Shown here: positions 39,306 through 50,755 of the stretch, piece after piece
Layout of the letters: each line of letters starts with the position of its first letter
Position numbering within the stretch: the stretch's first letter is position 1
Assembly (NCBI GenBank): GCA_965140785.1
Contig: OZ223481.1
Location: 288,001 to 352,000, forward strand
Length of the DNA: 64,000 bases
Direction: 5' to 3'
Source: an uncultured Ruficoccus sp.
GTDB taxonomy: Bacteria; Verrucomicrobiota; Verrucomicrobiia; Opitutales; Cerasicoccaceae
Notes under the pieces: generated by a model
What the model saw: only the letters and a program-made list of their open reading frames with translations
Told to the model about the DNA's origin: nothing
Databases searched by the model: none
Translations under genes and position numbers: made by a program

Positions 39306-42182
39306 ATGAGCGCACGGAGCCAAAACCCGGTCCGACCCTGGTGGAAGCGTCTTCTGGGTGGTCTCCACATTTTGTTCAATCTCGGGCTGCTGGCCGCGTT
39401 GATCGGGCAGGGAGTGCTCGTCTACCTGCTCTGGCAGGACGGCGAGGTGCCCATCCCGGCCTTTGTGACGGAAAAGATCGAGCACCGGCTGGCCGAGCAG
39501 GGCTTCGAGGTGGAGATCGGGACCATGAAGCTCGACCTGCGCGGCATCCTGCTGCTGAAGGAGGTCACTGTCAGCCTGCCCGGTTACCACGAGCCCATCG
39601 CCGAGGTGGACCTGATCCTGGTGGATTTCCCCCCGTGGGCGGTGCTGGACCGGCGTTTTCTGCCCAACGAAATCTGGGTCTCGCGTTGCCACCTGTTTTG
39701 CCCGACGGTTCTTTCGCCCACCGGGGTGCGCGAGCCGGTGGCGCAGGATATTTTTACCGAGGTCTCCATCCGGCACCGGCGCCTGGATCTGGACCGGCTT
39801 ATCCTGCGGCTTAGAGGGCTAGGCATCCGGGCCAGCGGCTCGCTTCCGGTGGACGATATCCGGACAATGATCGGTGAGCGGGACGAGGACCTGACGCAGG
39901 AGGAGAGCAACCGCCGGATCGCCGCCGGTTATGCCGGTTTTTGCCGCTCGGTGTTGGAGGCCGGGCCCTGGATCGAGCGTTTTACCGATCCGCGGGTGCA
40001 GTTGCAGATCCGTCCTGATGCGGCGACTCCCTCGGCGGGCGCGCGGGTCGTGGCCCAGTTTCAGGCAGAGGCCTTTAATCTCGGCCAGGGCCGTGAAGGC
40101 CAGCGCATGACCGCGCAGGTCGAGGCCACCGGCAAGGACGCTGATTCGGTCCGGCTCCGGCTGGCCCGGGCTCGCCTGCGGGGGCTGACCTGGGAGGATA
40201 AAGCCACGGCGAAGGCCGTCCAGATCGACGCCGTGATCCCCCCTCACGGCCTGAAAACCGCGCCCACGGCCTGCCACCTGGCGGCGGTCGATGTGGAGGC
40301 GGCGAACCTCACCCTCGACACCGTTGTCGGGGACCTGCATTTTGCCAACCGGTTGCAGCCACAGGGCTGGCTGCATTTCCAAAGCGGGACCAATTGGCTC
40401 ACCGTCAACGGCCAGGTCGATACGGAGAATGACACCGCCGCGCTGGCTGTCTCGGCCTGGTGGGATCCGCTGGATTTGCTCAAGATCAGCTTCCTGGAAG
40501 GGAAGTTCGAGCAGCCGCCGGACTTGGTTTGCTCGGAGCGCCCGCGCTGGAGCGGGCAGGTGGTACTGGGCGAGGACTTCACCTTTACCTCGGCTCAGGT
40601 CGGGCTGGACTTAGGGCGGACCCGCTACGAAACGCTGAACCTCGTATCCGCCTACGCCCGGGCCACCATTACGCCGAAGCTGATCGATGTGCAGCAGGCA
40701 GTGCTCACGACCGACCGCTATACGGTGGAGGGCTCGTTCCGCGAGGAGCTCGACACGCATCGTTACCGTTTCTTGCTGGAGGGTAATGTTGATCCGCTGG
40801 AGATCGACTTCCTGATCGACGCGGACTGGTGGAAACCGCTCTGGGAGGACTTCACCTTCCACGGACAGCTGCCGTACTCGAATATCGACATCCAGGGCAT
40901 TTTCGGCGAGGGCAACAAGGATAAGACGTTCTTCGGTTACAACGAGTTACGGGATTTGACCTATCAGGGCGTGGAGGTCGAGTCCTTCACCGCCATGCTG
41001 TGGCGCGAGCCGGCCCGGATTATCCTCTACGACATGCGGGGTCGGGGAGAGAGCGGCGCCTTTAACGCAGGCATCCAGTTCAACTATACCCCCGACGGCG
41101 AGGACCGCACCTCGCTCGCCTTCGCCGCAGCTACAACTCTCCCCTTACGCCAGGCCGCCGCTCTGGCCGGAAAGGAGGCCCTGAGCTACGTCGATGACTT
41201 TACCCTGACGGCGGCGCCCCGGCTCCAGGTCAACGGCCTGACCATCGATCAGCCTGGCGACAACGCGCTTTACCTGAAAATCATCGCGGACATGGACGCG
41301 CAGACGACCTACGAGGGCTTCGTGTTTGATCATCTGGCTTTTCACGGCTTCAAAAAGCCCGATGTCCTGCAACTGCGCCAGATCGTCTTCGGCATGGCCG
41401 GAGGCGAGGGGACCGGTCAGGCTGACGTCAAGCTGAGCGAGGGAGACGAGAGCAGCGAAATGGCGCTCGGGCTTTCGCTGCGCGGAGCCTCTTATACGAA
41501 GTTGCAGCAGGCCATCCCCCTGCTGGCCCGGCACGAGAAGGACCCCGTCGCCGGGGGCGCCGCGCCGGCAAAGGACGCCTCCGCGCAGCCCCCAAGTGCG
41601 GACACGGCCAGTGACAAGGCCGCCCGGGAGAAGGACTCCGACCTGGCCAAGATCGACTTCGACATCAACGCGCAGGGTAAGACCGGGGATGTGGCGACTT
41701 TCCGTGGCTACGGCCAGCTCGGCGTCCGCGACGCCCTGCTGGGGCAGTTTCACCTCTTCGGCGGTCTCTCCCGGGCGATGCAGGCTATCGGGCTGAACCT
41801 GGGGACGGTGGACTTCACCAAGGGGCAGGCGCCATTCGTTTTGGGCAAGGGCTACGCACACTTCCCCCGGGTGACGATTTCCGGCCCCACCGCCCGCATC
41901 GACGCCAACGGCAACCTGAATCTGGACACCAACGAGCTGGACTTTTACCTTTCGCTCTACCCGCTGGGAGGCATCGACGTACCGATCATCTCGCAGATAT
42001 TCTCTGCCATCAATCCCTTGACTGACGTGGTGGAGGCCCAGCTCGGCGGCTCTTTCAATAAGCCGGATTGGAAGGTGGACTTCCGCCCCATCGGTATCAT
42101 CACCGGCCAGAAAAAGGTCTCCAACCCCACGGGCGAGACCCTTCCCAAAAGCGGGCTGTATGAGATGCCCGACGACTCCTGA
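39306..42182 (+). CDS. AsmA-like (repeating beta-groove) envelope protein
   Basis: 958 aa; N-terminal TM; beta-rich; C-terminal ISGPTARIDANGNLNLDTNELDF...LGGSFNKPDWK. Confidence 0.75.
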   Translation: MSARSQNPVRPWWKRLLGGLHILFNLGLLAALIGQGVLVYLLWQDGEVPIPAFVTEKIEHRLAEQGFEVEIGTMKLDLRGILLLKEVTVSLPGYHEPIAEVDLILVDFPPWAVLDRRFLPNEIWVSRCHLFCPTVLSPTGVREPVAQDIFTEVSIRHRRLDLDRLILRLRGLGIRASGSLPVDDIRTMIGERDEDLTQEESNRRIAAGYAGFCRSVLEAGPWIERFTDPRVQLQIRPDAATPSAGARVVAQFQAEAFNLGQGREGQRMTAQVEATGKDADSVRLRLARARLRGLTWEDKATAKAVQIDAVIPPHGLKTAPTACHLAAVDVEAANLTLDTVVGDLHFANRLQPQGWLHFQSGTNWLTVNGQVDTENDTAALAVSAWWDPLDLLKISFLEGKFEQPPDLVCSERPRWSGQVVLGEDFTFTSAQVGLDLGRTRYETLNLVSAYARATITPKLIDVQQAVLTTDRYTVEGSFREELDTHRYRFLLEGNVDPLEIDFLIDADWWKPLWEDFTFHGQLPYSNIDIQGIFGEGNKDKTFFGYNELRDLTYQGVEVESFTAMLWREPARIILYDMRGRGESGAFNAGIQFNYTPDGEDRTSLAFAAATTLPLRQAAALAGKEALSYVDDFTLTAAPRLQVNGLTIDQPGDNALYLKIIADMDAQTTYEGFVFDHLAFHGFKKPDVLQLRQIVFGMAGGEGTGQADVKLSEGDESSEMALGLSLRGASYTKLQQAIPLLARHEKDPVAGGAAPAKDASAQPPSADTASDKAAREKDSDLAKIDFDINAQGKTGDVATFRGYGQLGVRDALLGQFHLFGGLSRAMQAIGLNLGTVDFTKGQAPFVLGKGYAHFPRVTISGPTARIDANGNLNLDTNELDFYLSLYPLGGIDVPIISQIFSAINPLTDVVEAQLGGSFNKPDWKVDFRPIGIITGQKKVSNPTGETLPKSGLYEMPDDS

Positions 42183-42187
42183 TCCGC

Positions 42188-42685
42188 ATGACCTTTGATC
42201 CGAAGCGCCTCAGACTGGTTTCTGGTGGTCAGACCGGAGTGGACCGGGCCGCGCTCGATGCGGCCCTCGCGGCCAAGGTCCCCTGCGGCGGCTTTTGCCC
42301 GAAAGGCCGACGGGCCGAGGATGGGGTGATCCCCGCCCGCTACCCGGTGCAGGAGTCCCTCAGCCGCAGCTACATCGTGCGCACAGTGCAGAACCTGCTC
42401 AGTACCGAGGCGACCGTTATTTTTCACGCCGGTCCCCTGTGCGGCGGCACCCGCCAGACTGCCGCCTATGCCCGGCTGCACGCCCGTCCGCTCCTGCTGT
42501 TGGATGCTGCCCAGATCGAGCCGGAGCAGGCCGCCCGGCAACTGAGGGCCTTCTGCCGCCGAGAAAAAGTCCGCATCCTCAACGTGGCCGGCCCGCGCGC
42601 CAGCCAGGCTCCGGCGCTGGGGGCCTTCGTCCGGCAGACGCTGGAGCGCTTTTTTTCACCCGCCAAAAAGGTAAAAAGCGTGTGA
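42188..42685 (+). CDS. Putative molybdenum carrier / cpYpsA SLOG-family protein
   Basis: SGGQTGVDRAALDAA, GGFCPKGRRAEDG, LNVAGPRAS. Confidence 0.9.
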   Translation: MTFDPKRLRLVSGGQTGVDRAALDAALAAKVPCGGFCPKGRRAEDGVIPARYPVQESLSRSYIVRTVQNLLSTEATVIFHAGPLCGGTRQTAAYARLHARPLLLLDAAQIEPEQAARQLRAFCRREKVRILNVAGPRASQAPALGAFVRQTLERFFSPAKKVKSV

Positions 42686-42899
42686 CAACAAAACGTTGCC
42701 CGCCGCCGTGAAATTCTCCTAGGCTGTGCCCTTAAATTACGCAACGCGCAGACAAAACCGGTTTTTGAGACCCAAAAAGCGGTGAGAATGCGACTTGAGT
42801 TAACTTGAAGATATAGCCTAATCTTCCAGCTTCCACTTTTCCGGGCCGACTTGCACTCGGTTTCGTCACGCACTATTCCGACCTAAACATTTTGCCGAT

Positions 42900-43367
42900 A
42901 TGGACCTCAAGGAAATCAAACAGATCATCGACCTGATGAAGCGCTCGGAGCTGACCGAGTTCGAGATCGAGGAAAAGGACCTCAAGCTTCGTATTTGCCG
43001 CGAGTCACAGAAGCCTGTGATGCTCGCCCCGGCCCAGGCGCCGGCCCCCGCAGCGGCTGCGCCCGCTCCGGCCCCGGCTGCCTCCAGCCCCGCCCCCTCG
43101 GCGGCCAAGCCCGCTGAGGAGCCCGGCACCGCGCTGATCAAGTCGCCCATGGTGGGGACTTTTTACCGCGCTCCCAGTCCGGACAGCCCGTCCTTTACCG
43201 AGGTTGGTGCCGAGGTGAAGCCCGACAGCGTCGTGTGCATCATCGAGGCCATGAAGGTCATGAACGAGATCCACGCCGAGGCCAAGGGCAAGATACTGGA
43301 GGTGCTGGTGGAGAACGGTCAGTCGGTCGAGTACGGCCAGCCCCTGTTCAAGATCAAGGCTTCCTGA
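42900..43367 (+). CDS. accB: Acetyl-CoA carboxylase biotin carboxyl carrier protein
   Basis: Ala/Pro linker, [22 protein letters not shown]. Confidence 0.97.
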   Translation: MDLKEIKQIIDLMKRSELTEFEIEEKDLKLRICRESQKPVMLAPAQAPAPAAAAPAPAPAASSPAPSAAKPAEEPGTALIKSPMVGTFYRAPSPDSPSFTEVGAEVKPDSVVCIIEAMKVMNEIHAEAKGKILEVLVENGQSVEYGQPLFKIKAS

Positions 43368-43429
43368 GTGTTTACCCTGCCCAATGTTCATCCCGCCCCG
43401 CGTGAGCTCACGCGCACGCACGAGCACCC

Positions 43430-44809
<1,380 letters not shown>

Positions 44810-44926
44810 GCCGGACCGGCGGCATCATTTTTGCTTTGCCGATCCGGTAATTTCCCTCAAAAGTACTTCCAGCGCTTGCGCACCATTATTGCTCCCTCTG
44901 ATCTAACCTTAACCGAAAACAGCACC

Positions 44927-45393
44927 ATGCCAGCCAAGAAAACGTCCAAGCCCGCCGACGAGACTGATCCCAACACCATTCCCTCCCTGATCGAGGCGAC
45001 GGAAAACTCCGACGAGATCCACATCAACATCCCCGTGGTTGCGAACATTGTGAAGATGGCCGCGCTCCAGGTGGACGGTGTGTACTCGGTGGGCGGCACC
45101 TTCGCCGACGGCATCTGGGAAACCCTCGGCGCGAAAAAGATGGACCGCGGCGTGGAGGTCAAGGAGGACGAGGCCGAAAATTACCTCATCCAGATCCACG
45201 TCGAGATGCGCTTCGGTGTGAGCATCGCCACCACGGCCAAGATCGTCCAGCAGACTATCCGCGAGCAGGTCGAAGCCATGACCAGCAAGGCGTGGCCAAG
45301 GTTGAGGTCTTCATCGACGGCGTGCGCATGGAGCAGCCGGAGGGCGCTCCCCGGGAACAGGCCGAACAGTGGGACCAGCCCCACACAGACTAA
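44927..45393 (+). pseudogene. Asp23/Gls24-family protein, -1 frameshift near 45290
   Basis: VVANIVKMAALQVDGV...RGVEV...FGVSI...VQQTIREQVEAMT; continues in another frame as VAKVEVFIDGV. Confidence 0.85.
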
Positions 45394-45408
45394 TTTCTCT
45401 AACTATAT

Positions 45409-46176
45409 ATGCTCAACAAGCTTGAGAGTTTCTACCACGCCCAGATAGAGCCCTATCTGAGCGAGCGGGTGCTGGTGGTCAGCATCGTCATCATCCTGCT
45501 GCTGTTCCTGCTGGTAGTCCGGTCGCTGCGCCGCCGCTGGAGCCCGATCCGTGTGTTTAAGACCACCTCGGGCCGCGTGCAGGTTACCCGCAGCGCCATC
45601 CGCGACCTCGTGCTCAACGCCTGCCACTACGTGCAGGCTGCCCGCAAGCCCAAGGTCGTGATCAAGGCCCGGCGCGGACGGCTCTACATCCGCGTCGATC
45701 TCAAGCTCAACGAAGACCAGCGTCTCAGCGACGTCGCCGTCCAGCTCCAGACGCGCATCGAGGATGTGCTCCAGGACACCCTCAGCCTGGACCGGCGCAG
45801 CGTGCGCATCGACGTCGGCCTGAAGGGCATCCGGCACGTCAAGACACCCGCTTCCGAGCAGACTCAGGGCTCCCAGACACCGATCACCCCGGTGCCGGAT
45901 GTCGCGCCGGTCAAAAACGAGGAGGACGCTGTTATTTCCACCGCAGATGAACCCGAGGAGGGAGCCGTGGCTGTGGCCCCGGCGGAGACTCCGGAAGAGC
46001 CGGAGGAAAAGGAAGACGAGCCCAAGTCCAAGCGTGGCTTCCTGGGCTTTGGCCGGCGCAAGTCCGAGCCCGAAGCCGAGGAGGAGAAAGACCCGACGGA
46101 GTCGGACTACGACGCCGACGACGATCCTTTCGCCCCCAGCCGCGACACCCGCGAGGACGAAGAGAAAAAGCTTTAG
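45409..46176 (+). CDS. AmaP-like membrane anchor protein with acidic tail
   Basis: TM helix, then TTSGRVQVTRSAIRDLV...LQTRIEDVL (Asp23-like fold); directly follows asp23. Confidence 0.65.
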   Translation: MLNKLESFYHAQIEPYLSERVLVVSIVIILLLFLLVVRSLRRRWSPIRVFKTTSGRVQVTRSAIRDLVLNACHYVQAARKPKVVIKARRGRLYIRVDLKLNEDQRLSDVAVQLQTRIEDVLQDTLSLDRRSVRIDVGLKGIRHVKTPASEQTQGSQTPITPVPDVAPVKNEEDAVISTADEPEEGAVAVAPAETPEEPEEKEDEPKSKRGFLGFGRRKSEPEAEEEKDPTESDYDADDDPFAPSRDTREDEEKKL

Positions 46177-46209
46177 CTTTTTGCGTCATCGCTGACAGAG
46201 GCCCGGCCC

Positions 46210-46852
46210 ATGCCCGCGAATTTACAGGCGGCGGTTTTTTTACGCCATTCTTGACACCGGCTATGTTCCGCGCGAGAAGCTGGTGGATAAGTGCCGGGCC
46301 CTGCTGGCCGGGGGGGCGGACATTATCCAGCTCCGGGCCAAGCGGGAACGTACGACTGAGCGTATCGAAATATTGAATACGCTGGTGCCGCTCTGTGAAG
46401 GAACGGATGTTCCGCTGATCGTGAACGACGACATCGAGGCGGCGCTGGCCTTTCCGGGCCTGGGCCTGCACGTCGGCCAGGACGACCTTCCGCCGGATCA
46501 GGCGCGCGTGCGCCTCGGGCCCGGGCGGGTGCTGGGCCTGTCCACGCACTCGCCGGAGCAGGCAGCCGGAGCCATCGCCCATGCCGAGGCACTGGACTAC
46601 TTCGCGGTGGGGCCGGTTTTCGCCACTCCGACCAAGCCGGACTATACCCCGGTGGGCCTGGAACTGGTCCAGCAGGTGGCGGGCCTGGGGCCGCCACTGC
46701 CGTGGTTCGCGATCGGCGGGATCAAGCGCCACAATCTCGCTCAAGTGACGGCTGCCGGTGCTCGCCGCATCGTCGCTGTCTCCGATGCCCTGTGCGCGGA
46801 GGACTCCGCCGCCGTGGTGCGCGAGTACCGCGCGGCGCTTGAACGCGCTTGA
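46210..46852 (+). CDS. thiE: Thiamine-phosphate synthase; extra T in a T7 run (46235-46241) separates the ATG from the main frame
   Basis: FYAILD, IQLRAK, LIVNDD, LHVGQDD, GLSTHS, GPVFATPTK, AIGGI. Confidence 0.92.
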
Positions 46853-47144
46853 TTGATCTTTTGGCAGACGTTGTTTTTCTGTGTATCTGAATTCTGGATA
46901 CAACAGGTGCCTGTTCCTGAAACGTGCCCGGCGTGGCCACGGCTCCGAGCCGCCAGCGCGGCTGGAGTTGGCGGCCAGCCGGGCCAACGGCGTCCGCAGC
47001 GTAAAGAAGGCAGTGTCAGTATCGCGGAGCGCGACTGGCTTCAGGAGATGAAGGACGCGGCGAGAATGAGCGAAGCCAGCGGCGTGGCTGGGGTCCAGCC
47101 TCACGGATGGGGGAGGGGCGGCTGGCCGACGTATCCATGATTGA

Positions 47145-48024
47145 CTACATAAAGAAGCAGAGGTCGGCCCATTCGCCGTCCACCCGGGAGTCGGCCCGGC
47201 AGGTCAGCCCGGCCTCGATGGCTGCGAAGTTGAAGTGCTCGCGCACCTCGTCCAGCTCGCGGGCGAGGATACCGCTCAGGGCGAGCGTGCCGTGCGGAGC
47301 CATGGCGGCGAAGAGCCCGGCGGCGTGGATTTTTAAAATGTCGGCCTGGATGTTGGCCAGCATGAGGTCGGCTTTCCGGTCTTTAAGGCCGGACTCGATG
47401 CCCGCCTCGGCGAAGCTGACCGCCTCGGGGGCGATGCCGTTGGAGAGGGTGTTTCTCACGGCTGACGCGGATGGCCTCGGGGTCCTGGTCGAAGCCGTAG
47501 ACATCCTTCGCGCCGAGCAGGACGGCGGAGAGGGCGAGGATGCCCGAGCCGCACCCGGCGTCGATGATGTGCTGATCCGGGAAGGTCTCGCCGCGGGCCT
47601 CGGAAAAATCCAGCAGCCGCCGGGCCATGAGGCGGGTGGTCTCATGGCTGCCAGTGCCGAAGGCCATCCCGGCGTCCAGGTAGAGGGCGACGTGCCCGTC
47701 TGGCAGGGCGTAGCTCTCGCGCTCCCAGGCGGGCACCCAGTGCAGGCGTCCGCTGGACCACGGTTTGAGAAACTCCTTGTAAGCCTCCTGCCACTCGCGG
47801 TCCTCGATCTGCTCGCGGGCGAAGTCGGCGGGTAGCTCAGCAAAGGCTGCGCGCAGCCCGGCCAGCCCTTCGTCGGCCTCGGCTTCGGTTTCGAAAAAGC
47901 CTTTCAGGTGGAGGGGGCCGCCGGGGACGGATTCAATGCCCCATGCGAGCAGCCCTTCTTCACAGAAGTAGGCTTCGAGCGCGTCGGCCAGTTCGGCCGG
48001 GACTTCGGTTTTCAGGATAAACAT
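47145..48024 (-). pseudogene. prmA: Ribosomal protein L11 methyltransferase, +1 frameshift at 47452-47454
   Basis: DREWQEAYK, LDAGMAFGTGSHETT, IDAGCGSGILAL; second frame ADLMLANI...LALSGIL. Confidence 0.92.
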
Positions 48025-48042
48025 ACGGGTGTGGAAAAAAAC

Positions 48043-48639
48043 TTACTTGCGGGTACCGAGCATAAGCTCGTCGGCGAGTCGGCGGATGGTGGCGGGCAGC
48101 AGGCGGTGCTCGGCGGCGTGGACCTTCTCCTCGACGTCGTCGAGGGTGTCGCCCTTTTCGATCGGCACGTGCTCCTGGCCGAGGACTTCGCCCGCGTCCA
48201 CATCGGCGGTGACCCAGTGAACGGTGCAGCCGGTCTCGCGGTCGCCCGCCTCGAAGGCGCGCTGGATGGAGTGCAGGCCGGGGTGCTTGGGCAGGAGGCT
48301 GGGGTGGAGGTTGATGATGCGCCCTTTGAAAGCCTCGATGAACGGCGGCTTGATCACGCGCATGAAGCCCGCCAGCACGATGAAGTCCGGCTGCAGGCGC
48401 TGGATGGTCTCGATCCAGTGGGTTTCGGCCTCGCCCTCAAGTTTGGTCCTGAACTTGCCCGGATGCAGGTAAAAGGCGGGCACGTCAAAGCGCGGCCCGA
48501 GCTTGAGGATAGGGGCGTCGGGCTGGTCGCAGAAGACGCCGACGACCTGGGCCAGGCCGAGTTCACCGGCCTCCTGGGCCTTGAGGATGGCCTTGGCGTT
48601 ACTGCCGCGACCGGAACCGAGTATGACGATACGGACCAT
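48043..48639 (-). CDS. purN: Phosphoribosylglycinamide formyltransferase
   Basis: LGSGRGSN, LAGFMRVI, INLHPSLLP, TGCTVHWV..DVDAG. Confidence 0.96.
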   Translation of the reverse strand: MVRIVILGSGRGSNAKAILKAQEAGELGLAQVVGVFCDQPDAPILKLGPRFDVPAFYLHPGKFRTKLEGEAETHWIETIQRLQPDFIVLAGFMRVIKPPFIEAFKGRIINLHPSLLPKHPGLHSIQRAFEAGDRETGCTVHWVTADVDAGEVLGQEHVPIEKGDTLDDVEEKVHAAEHRLLPATIRRLADELMLGTRK

Positions 48640-48814
48640 GGGAATGGGTTAAAGGGCTGATTGTTGACGGTTAATGCTTGGCTGCTGCTGGGATGGCGCA
48701 AGGGAAAGGGTGGAAATGGATGCGTTAACTATCCGCCTGGGTTTGGGTGTCTGGCAATTATCTGACCCGATAAACTCCATAACAATTAACCATTCAACCC
48801 TTTAACCATTTCCT

Positions 48815-49321
48815 TCAAAACGTGTCGGCGGCGGCGCGGATTTTCGCGATAAGCGAGGTGGTGCTGTAGCCTTCGAGGAAGGGGAGGAAGCGGATTTCGG
48901 TGCCACCGGCTTCGAGCGCGGCACGCTCGCCGGCGTCGAGGCTTTCGATATTGTAGTCGCCGGCCTTGACGTAGAGGTCGGGGCGCAGGGTTTCGATTTC
49001 GCGGGTCAGGCGCGGCGTGTGAAAGACGACCAGTGTGTCGATAAAGGGCAGGCTGCCCATCAGGTAGGCGCGCTCCTGCTCGTTCTGGACGGGGCGGGTG
49101 GGGCCCTTAAGCGCCTGGACGCTGGTGTCGCCGTTGAGCGCGACGTAGAGCCGGTCGCCCTGCTCGGCGGCTTTTTTTAGAAAGAACAGGTGTCCGGTGT
49201 GCAGCAGGTCAAAACAGCCGTTGGTCAGGACGACCTTTTCCCCGGCCTGGCTGGCGGCTTCACGGCGGCGGGCAGCTTCGTCGAGGCTGAGGAGTTTGGG
49301 GATGTCGAGTCGGAGCGGCAT
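48815..49321 (-). CDS. rfaE2: ADP-heptose synthase adenylyltransferase (HldE/RfaE domain II)
   Basis: VLTNGCFDLLHTGH, LNGDTSVQALKGPTRP, PDLYVKAGDY, GYSTTSLI. Confidence 0.9.
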   Translation of the reverse strand: MPLRLDIPKLLSLDEAARRREAASQAGEKVVLTNGCFDLLHTGHLFFLKKAAEQGDRLYVALNGDTSVQALKGPTRPVQNEQERAYLMGSLPFIDTLVVFHTPRLTREIETLRPDLYVKAGDYNIESLDAGERAALEAGGTEIRFLPFLEGYSTTSLIAKIRAAADTF

Positions 49322-49450
49322 GCAGGCCCGCATATTCCGGGCGCAGCCCCGCAGGGTCAAGCTCAAGGCATGGGCGGTTGGCGCGGCCTTCCGCCAGTGC
49401 GTCAGTAAAATCGCTGGACAGCGGCGGGTAAAATTCGCTTGCTGGTACGC

Positions 49451-50536
49451 ATGAAGAGCGTGAGAGGGCGTATTGGATGGCTGGGGCTGACCTGGCTGGT
49501 ATTTCTGGGCTTGGGAATGCTGAGCGCGCAGGCGCAGTCCGACCTCGCGCCGGGGATGCCGAATCCGCCAGCCAGCCCGACGGTGGTCAAGGTGGGCGTC
49601 TTTCTCGCGGACATCATCAATGTGGACGAGCTGAACGAGACCTTTGAGGCCGAGCTGATCCTGACCGCAGAGTGGGAGGACCCGCGGCTGGCCTTCGACC
49701 CGGAGGAGGCAGGCACGCCGGTGAAGCTTTTCCAGGGGAACTTCCAGTTCAACGAGGTGTACGCGGCGTGGTGGCCGCAACTGCTTTTCGTCAACCAGAT
49801 CGGTAGCGGCGAGCTCAACGCGATTAAAATCAGCATCTACCCGGACGGGCGCGTGCGCTACCTGGACCAGCGTAATGTGCTGCTGGAGACGCCGATGAAG
49901 CTGCACTCCTTCCCCTTCGACACACAGCGTCTGGTGGCCAAGATCGTGTCCTTCGGCGACTACAGCGACTCGGTACAACTGGTCGTGGATGAGCGGGTGG
50001 AGGGCGCCACCGAGGAGTACGCCGAGGTGGACAAAAACGTGAACATCGCCGAGTGGCAGCTGCGCGGGGTCGAACTGGAGGCGGGCGAGGCCGACTTCCG
50101 CTACTACGGCGGGCGTCAGAGCTTCTCCGAGCTGACGCTCTCGGTCGTCATGGAGCGCAAGTCGGCCAACCTGATCTGGAAAGTGATCCTGCCGCTGATC
50201 ATCCTCGTGCTGCTGATGTGGGCGGTCTTCTGGATGGAGGTGGACAATCTCTCGGACCGGCTCAACGTCTCCTTTATCGGCATCCTCACCATCGTGGCCT
50301 ATCAGTTCCTGATCGACGGGGCGATGCCGCGCATCGACTACTTCACCTTTACGGACACGGTACTGCTGTACTCGTTTATCGTGATGTGTCTGGCGATTTT
50401 TGAGAGCCTGATCCTGTACTCGCTTTGCAAGAAAGACCGCCGCCCGCTGGCCGAAAAGATCGACCGCGCTTTTCACTGGCTCTTCCCAGTGCTATACTTC
50501 AGCGGGCTGGTGATCAGCTTCTGCTATTACGTGTAA
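49451..50536 (+). CDS. Pentameric ligand-gated ion channel (prokaryotic Cys-loop family, ELIC/GLIC-like)
   Basis: Signal peptide; WEDPRL; WWPQLLFVN; YPDGRVRY; FPFDTQ loop; four TM helices; M2 SDRLNVSFIGILTIVAYQF; PRIDYFT. Confidence 0.92.
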   Translation: MKSVRGRIGWLGLTWLVFLGLGMLSAQAQSDLAPGMPNPPASPTVVKVGVFLADIINVDELNETFEAELILTAEWEDPRLAFDPEEAGTPVKLFQGNFQFNEVYAAWWPQLLFVNQIGSGELNAIKISIYPDGRVRYLDQRNVLLETPMKLHSFPFDTQRLVAKIVSFGDYSDSVQLVVDERVEGATEEYAEVDKNVNIAEWQLRGVELEAGEADFRYYGGRQSFSELTLSVVMERKSANLIWKVILPLIILVLLMWAVFWMEVDNLSDRLNVSFIGILTIVAYQFLIDGAMPRIDYFTFTDTVLLYSFIVMCLAIFESLILYSLCKKDRRPLAEKIDRAFHWLFPVLYFSGLVISFCYYV

Positions 50537-50755
50537 GCCTGCCCGGAGGGCGCTTTAAATACAGTTGCAGTCATGCAACCTGAGCCCTCTGGAAAAACTA
50601 TCGGGTGGGCCGATGGCAGCCCAGCTCTTCGAGCATCCCTGCGATCTGGCAGAACCAGCATTGACAAGTATAAAGATACGCACTGCTTCTATAATACGGA
50701 AGCCAGAGGGCGACCGCCCCGTCGGCCTCCCGCCCTCGCCGCCCAATTGCCAATC

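Noticed and set aside
46860..47140. GC-rich stems between convergent thiE and prmA as an ncRNA or MITE
   Set aside because: I could not define consistent terminal repeats or a second copy; the pairing is explicable by GC content.
48815..50476. 553-aa ORF suggesting a long N-terminal fusion to RfaE2
   Set aside because: The extension is the antisense shadow of the ion channel gene; the real start is at about 49321.
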